64,000 nt of DNA from Nemertoderma westbladi (taxonomy: Eukaryota > Animalia > Xenacoelomorpha), in contig JAUCBJ010009126.1 of the NCBI GenBank assembly GCA_032718475.1, positions 3,419 to 67,418 of the forward strand, written 5' to 3'. A program made the translations under genes and the position numbers. Shown here piece after piece: positions 63,601-64,000 of this stretch (the stretch's first letter is position 1; every line of letters starts with the position of its first letter). Under the pieces are notes generated by a model. The model saw only the letters and a list, made by a program, of their open reading frames with translations, was not told where the DNA came from and did not search any database.

Positions 63601-63778
63601 CTGCACTGAGCCGATCGTCTACGGGCAGCCACGGCGTCGCGGCCGACCTCCCAGAGTTCCTCCCGACCTTCCCGCCACTAGGGGGACACCGACATACACA
63701 CCACCACCGCCCACCCCGGACGCCCCGTCTGTTCGAACTCGGTCTGGACGCACTATCCACCCCCCTCACTACCTCTAA
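60557..63778 (+). CDS. pol: Pol (protease, RT, RNase H, integrase) in the -1 frame relative to gag
   Basis: FLVDTGA (protease); DYRRLN, PFGLKNA, YLDD (RT); [27 protein letters not shown] (RNase H); H-X3-H..C-X2-[29 protein letters not shown] (integrase). Confidence 0.97.
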   Translation: MLLPPEVWHRRPEVPLALHFSGKRPGRPSVAAATAGHPDLLLFVLDRLSGQRFLVDTGAEVSVIPAMTHEARAGGSGPPLVAANSTSIRTYGQRTIPLRFGTRQFEWRFTAADVDQPLLGADFLRANNLLVDLRGRRLVDAETLTSIPCGRTPGHALHLGSVASSDNEFARLLAEFPDITEPRFSDPTVKHGVELYIPTEGPPVHARARRLPPDKLAIAKEEFRKMEEMGIVRRSNSPWSSPLHMAPKPSGGWRPCGDYRRLNDATTPDRYPVPHIQDFSSRLAGARIFSKIDLVRGYHQIPIHEVDIAKTAVITPFGLFEFLRVPFGLKNAAQAFQRLMDSALQGLDFVFIYLDDVLVASRSRQEHRDHLRQLFSRLQQHGLVINLAKCQFGRPVIDFLGHRISAHGAVPLPDKVAAIRDFAQPTTVKGLQEFVGMVNFYHRFIPSAAAIMRPLYRALSGTKPKLLDWSPDMLVAFRDTKEVLAHATMLAHPEATAPTALTVDASGTAVGAVLEQLVGGSWRPLAFFSRQLRPPEVKYSAFDRELLALYLAIRHFRYFLEGRAFTAYTDHKPLTFAFSKISDPWSSRQQRHIAYVSEFTTAIAHVSGKDNCVADALSRTHIGAVHTPGLDYVAMAAAQLADSEMAAYRTAISGLELQDVPIGPSGATLLCDVSLGHPRPVVPATWRRHVFDVIHGLSHPGVRTTKKIVADRFVWHGLRKQVGAWATTCVPCQTSKVQHHVRTPLGTIETPHRRFDHIHIDLVGPLPPSHGYTHLLTMVDRFTRWPEAIPLTDTSTESCARALIANWIARFGVPTDVSSDRGSQFTSQLWSAVNQLLGTQLHRTTAYHPQANGLVERFHRHLKSALRASLTGPAWVDELPWVLLGIRTAPKDDLGTSTAELVYGAPLTVPGEFLPPTQTDVPHSPSTILPQLRERVGRFAPVPTSRHGPTPSSVPHELQNAPHVFVRRDAHRTPLERPYEGPYRVLVHGPKTFQLDIGGRTETVSVDRLKPAHLDCTEPIVYGQPRRRGRPPRVPPDLPATRGTPTYTPPPPTPDAPSVRTRSGRTIHPPHYL
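60620..60665 (+). promoter_or_regulatory. Putative -1 programmed ribosomal frameshift signal
   Basis: G-GGA-AAC heptamer in gag phase (60620-60626), 5-nt spacer, then stem ggccggcc[gtca]gtagc-agct-gctacggccggcc. Confidence 0.88.
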
Positions 63779-63786
63779 CTCTTTCC

Positions 63787-63802
63787 GAGTCTGGGGGGGT
63801 CA
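63787..63802 (+). promoter_or_regulatory. Polypurine tract
   Basis: gagtctgggggggtca immediately before the 3' LTR. Confidence 0.8.
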
Positions 63803-64000
63803 TGTGGCGGTGCCACTTACATACTCAGGACCTACTGAGTTTGCCATATACTCGGACAAGTGTTAGAGAGTTTTCACTTGACTATTCACTGCATTAACTT
63901 CCTTACTGCAGTACTGGTGTAGGCTAACTACTGCCTTCATATTATACATTTTTATTGCATACCTTTGCATATCCGGTATACTTTATGATGAGACATTAGC
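63803..64000 (+). repeat. 3' LTR (first 198 bp, truncated by the window end)
   Basis: No difference seen against 59599-59796. Confidence 0.96.

Larger units (their letters stand above)
59599..64000 (+). mobile_element. Intact Ty3/Gypsy LTR retrotransposon, CsRN1-like (3' LTR runs off the window)
   Basis: LTR-PBS-gag-pol(PR-RT-RH-IN)-PPT-LTR, with uninterrupted ORFs, a CHCC gag motif and a tRNA-Trp-type PBS. Confidence 0.97.

Noticed and set aside
59804-63632. Many overlapping and antisense ORFs within the Gypsy element
   Set aside because: Expected shadow ORFs in GC-rich coding DNA, with no recognisable motifs. No env or extra ORF lies between pol and the PPT.

Overview
AT-rich, repeat-dominated eukaryotic genomic window, probably from an invertebrate animal, with one 100-N scaffold gap and no intact host gene that I can support. 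About half of it is at least 15 unrelated tandem arrays (monomers 20-160 bp; largest are 73-bp ~9.7 kb and 49-bp ~12.6 kb). These are interleaved with decayed RTE-type and RTEX-like LINE fragments, foldback/MITE elements, a deleted and frameshifted SAM-methyltransferase pseudogene, and a broken Glu-rich ORF. The window ends in an intact, very young, GC-rich Ty3/Gypsy (CsRN1-like) LTR retrotransposon with identical LTRs, a tRNA-Trp PBS and a G-GGA-AAC plus stem-loop -1 frameshift signal. The most interesting pattern is that several satellites appear to have arisen in place from short pieces of dead transposons, with junction scars still visible. The long repeat-derived ORFs are artefacts and there is no CRISPR array. 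All family assignments are by-eye motif recognition, not database searches.
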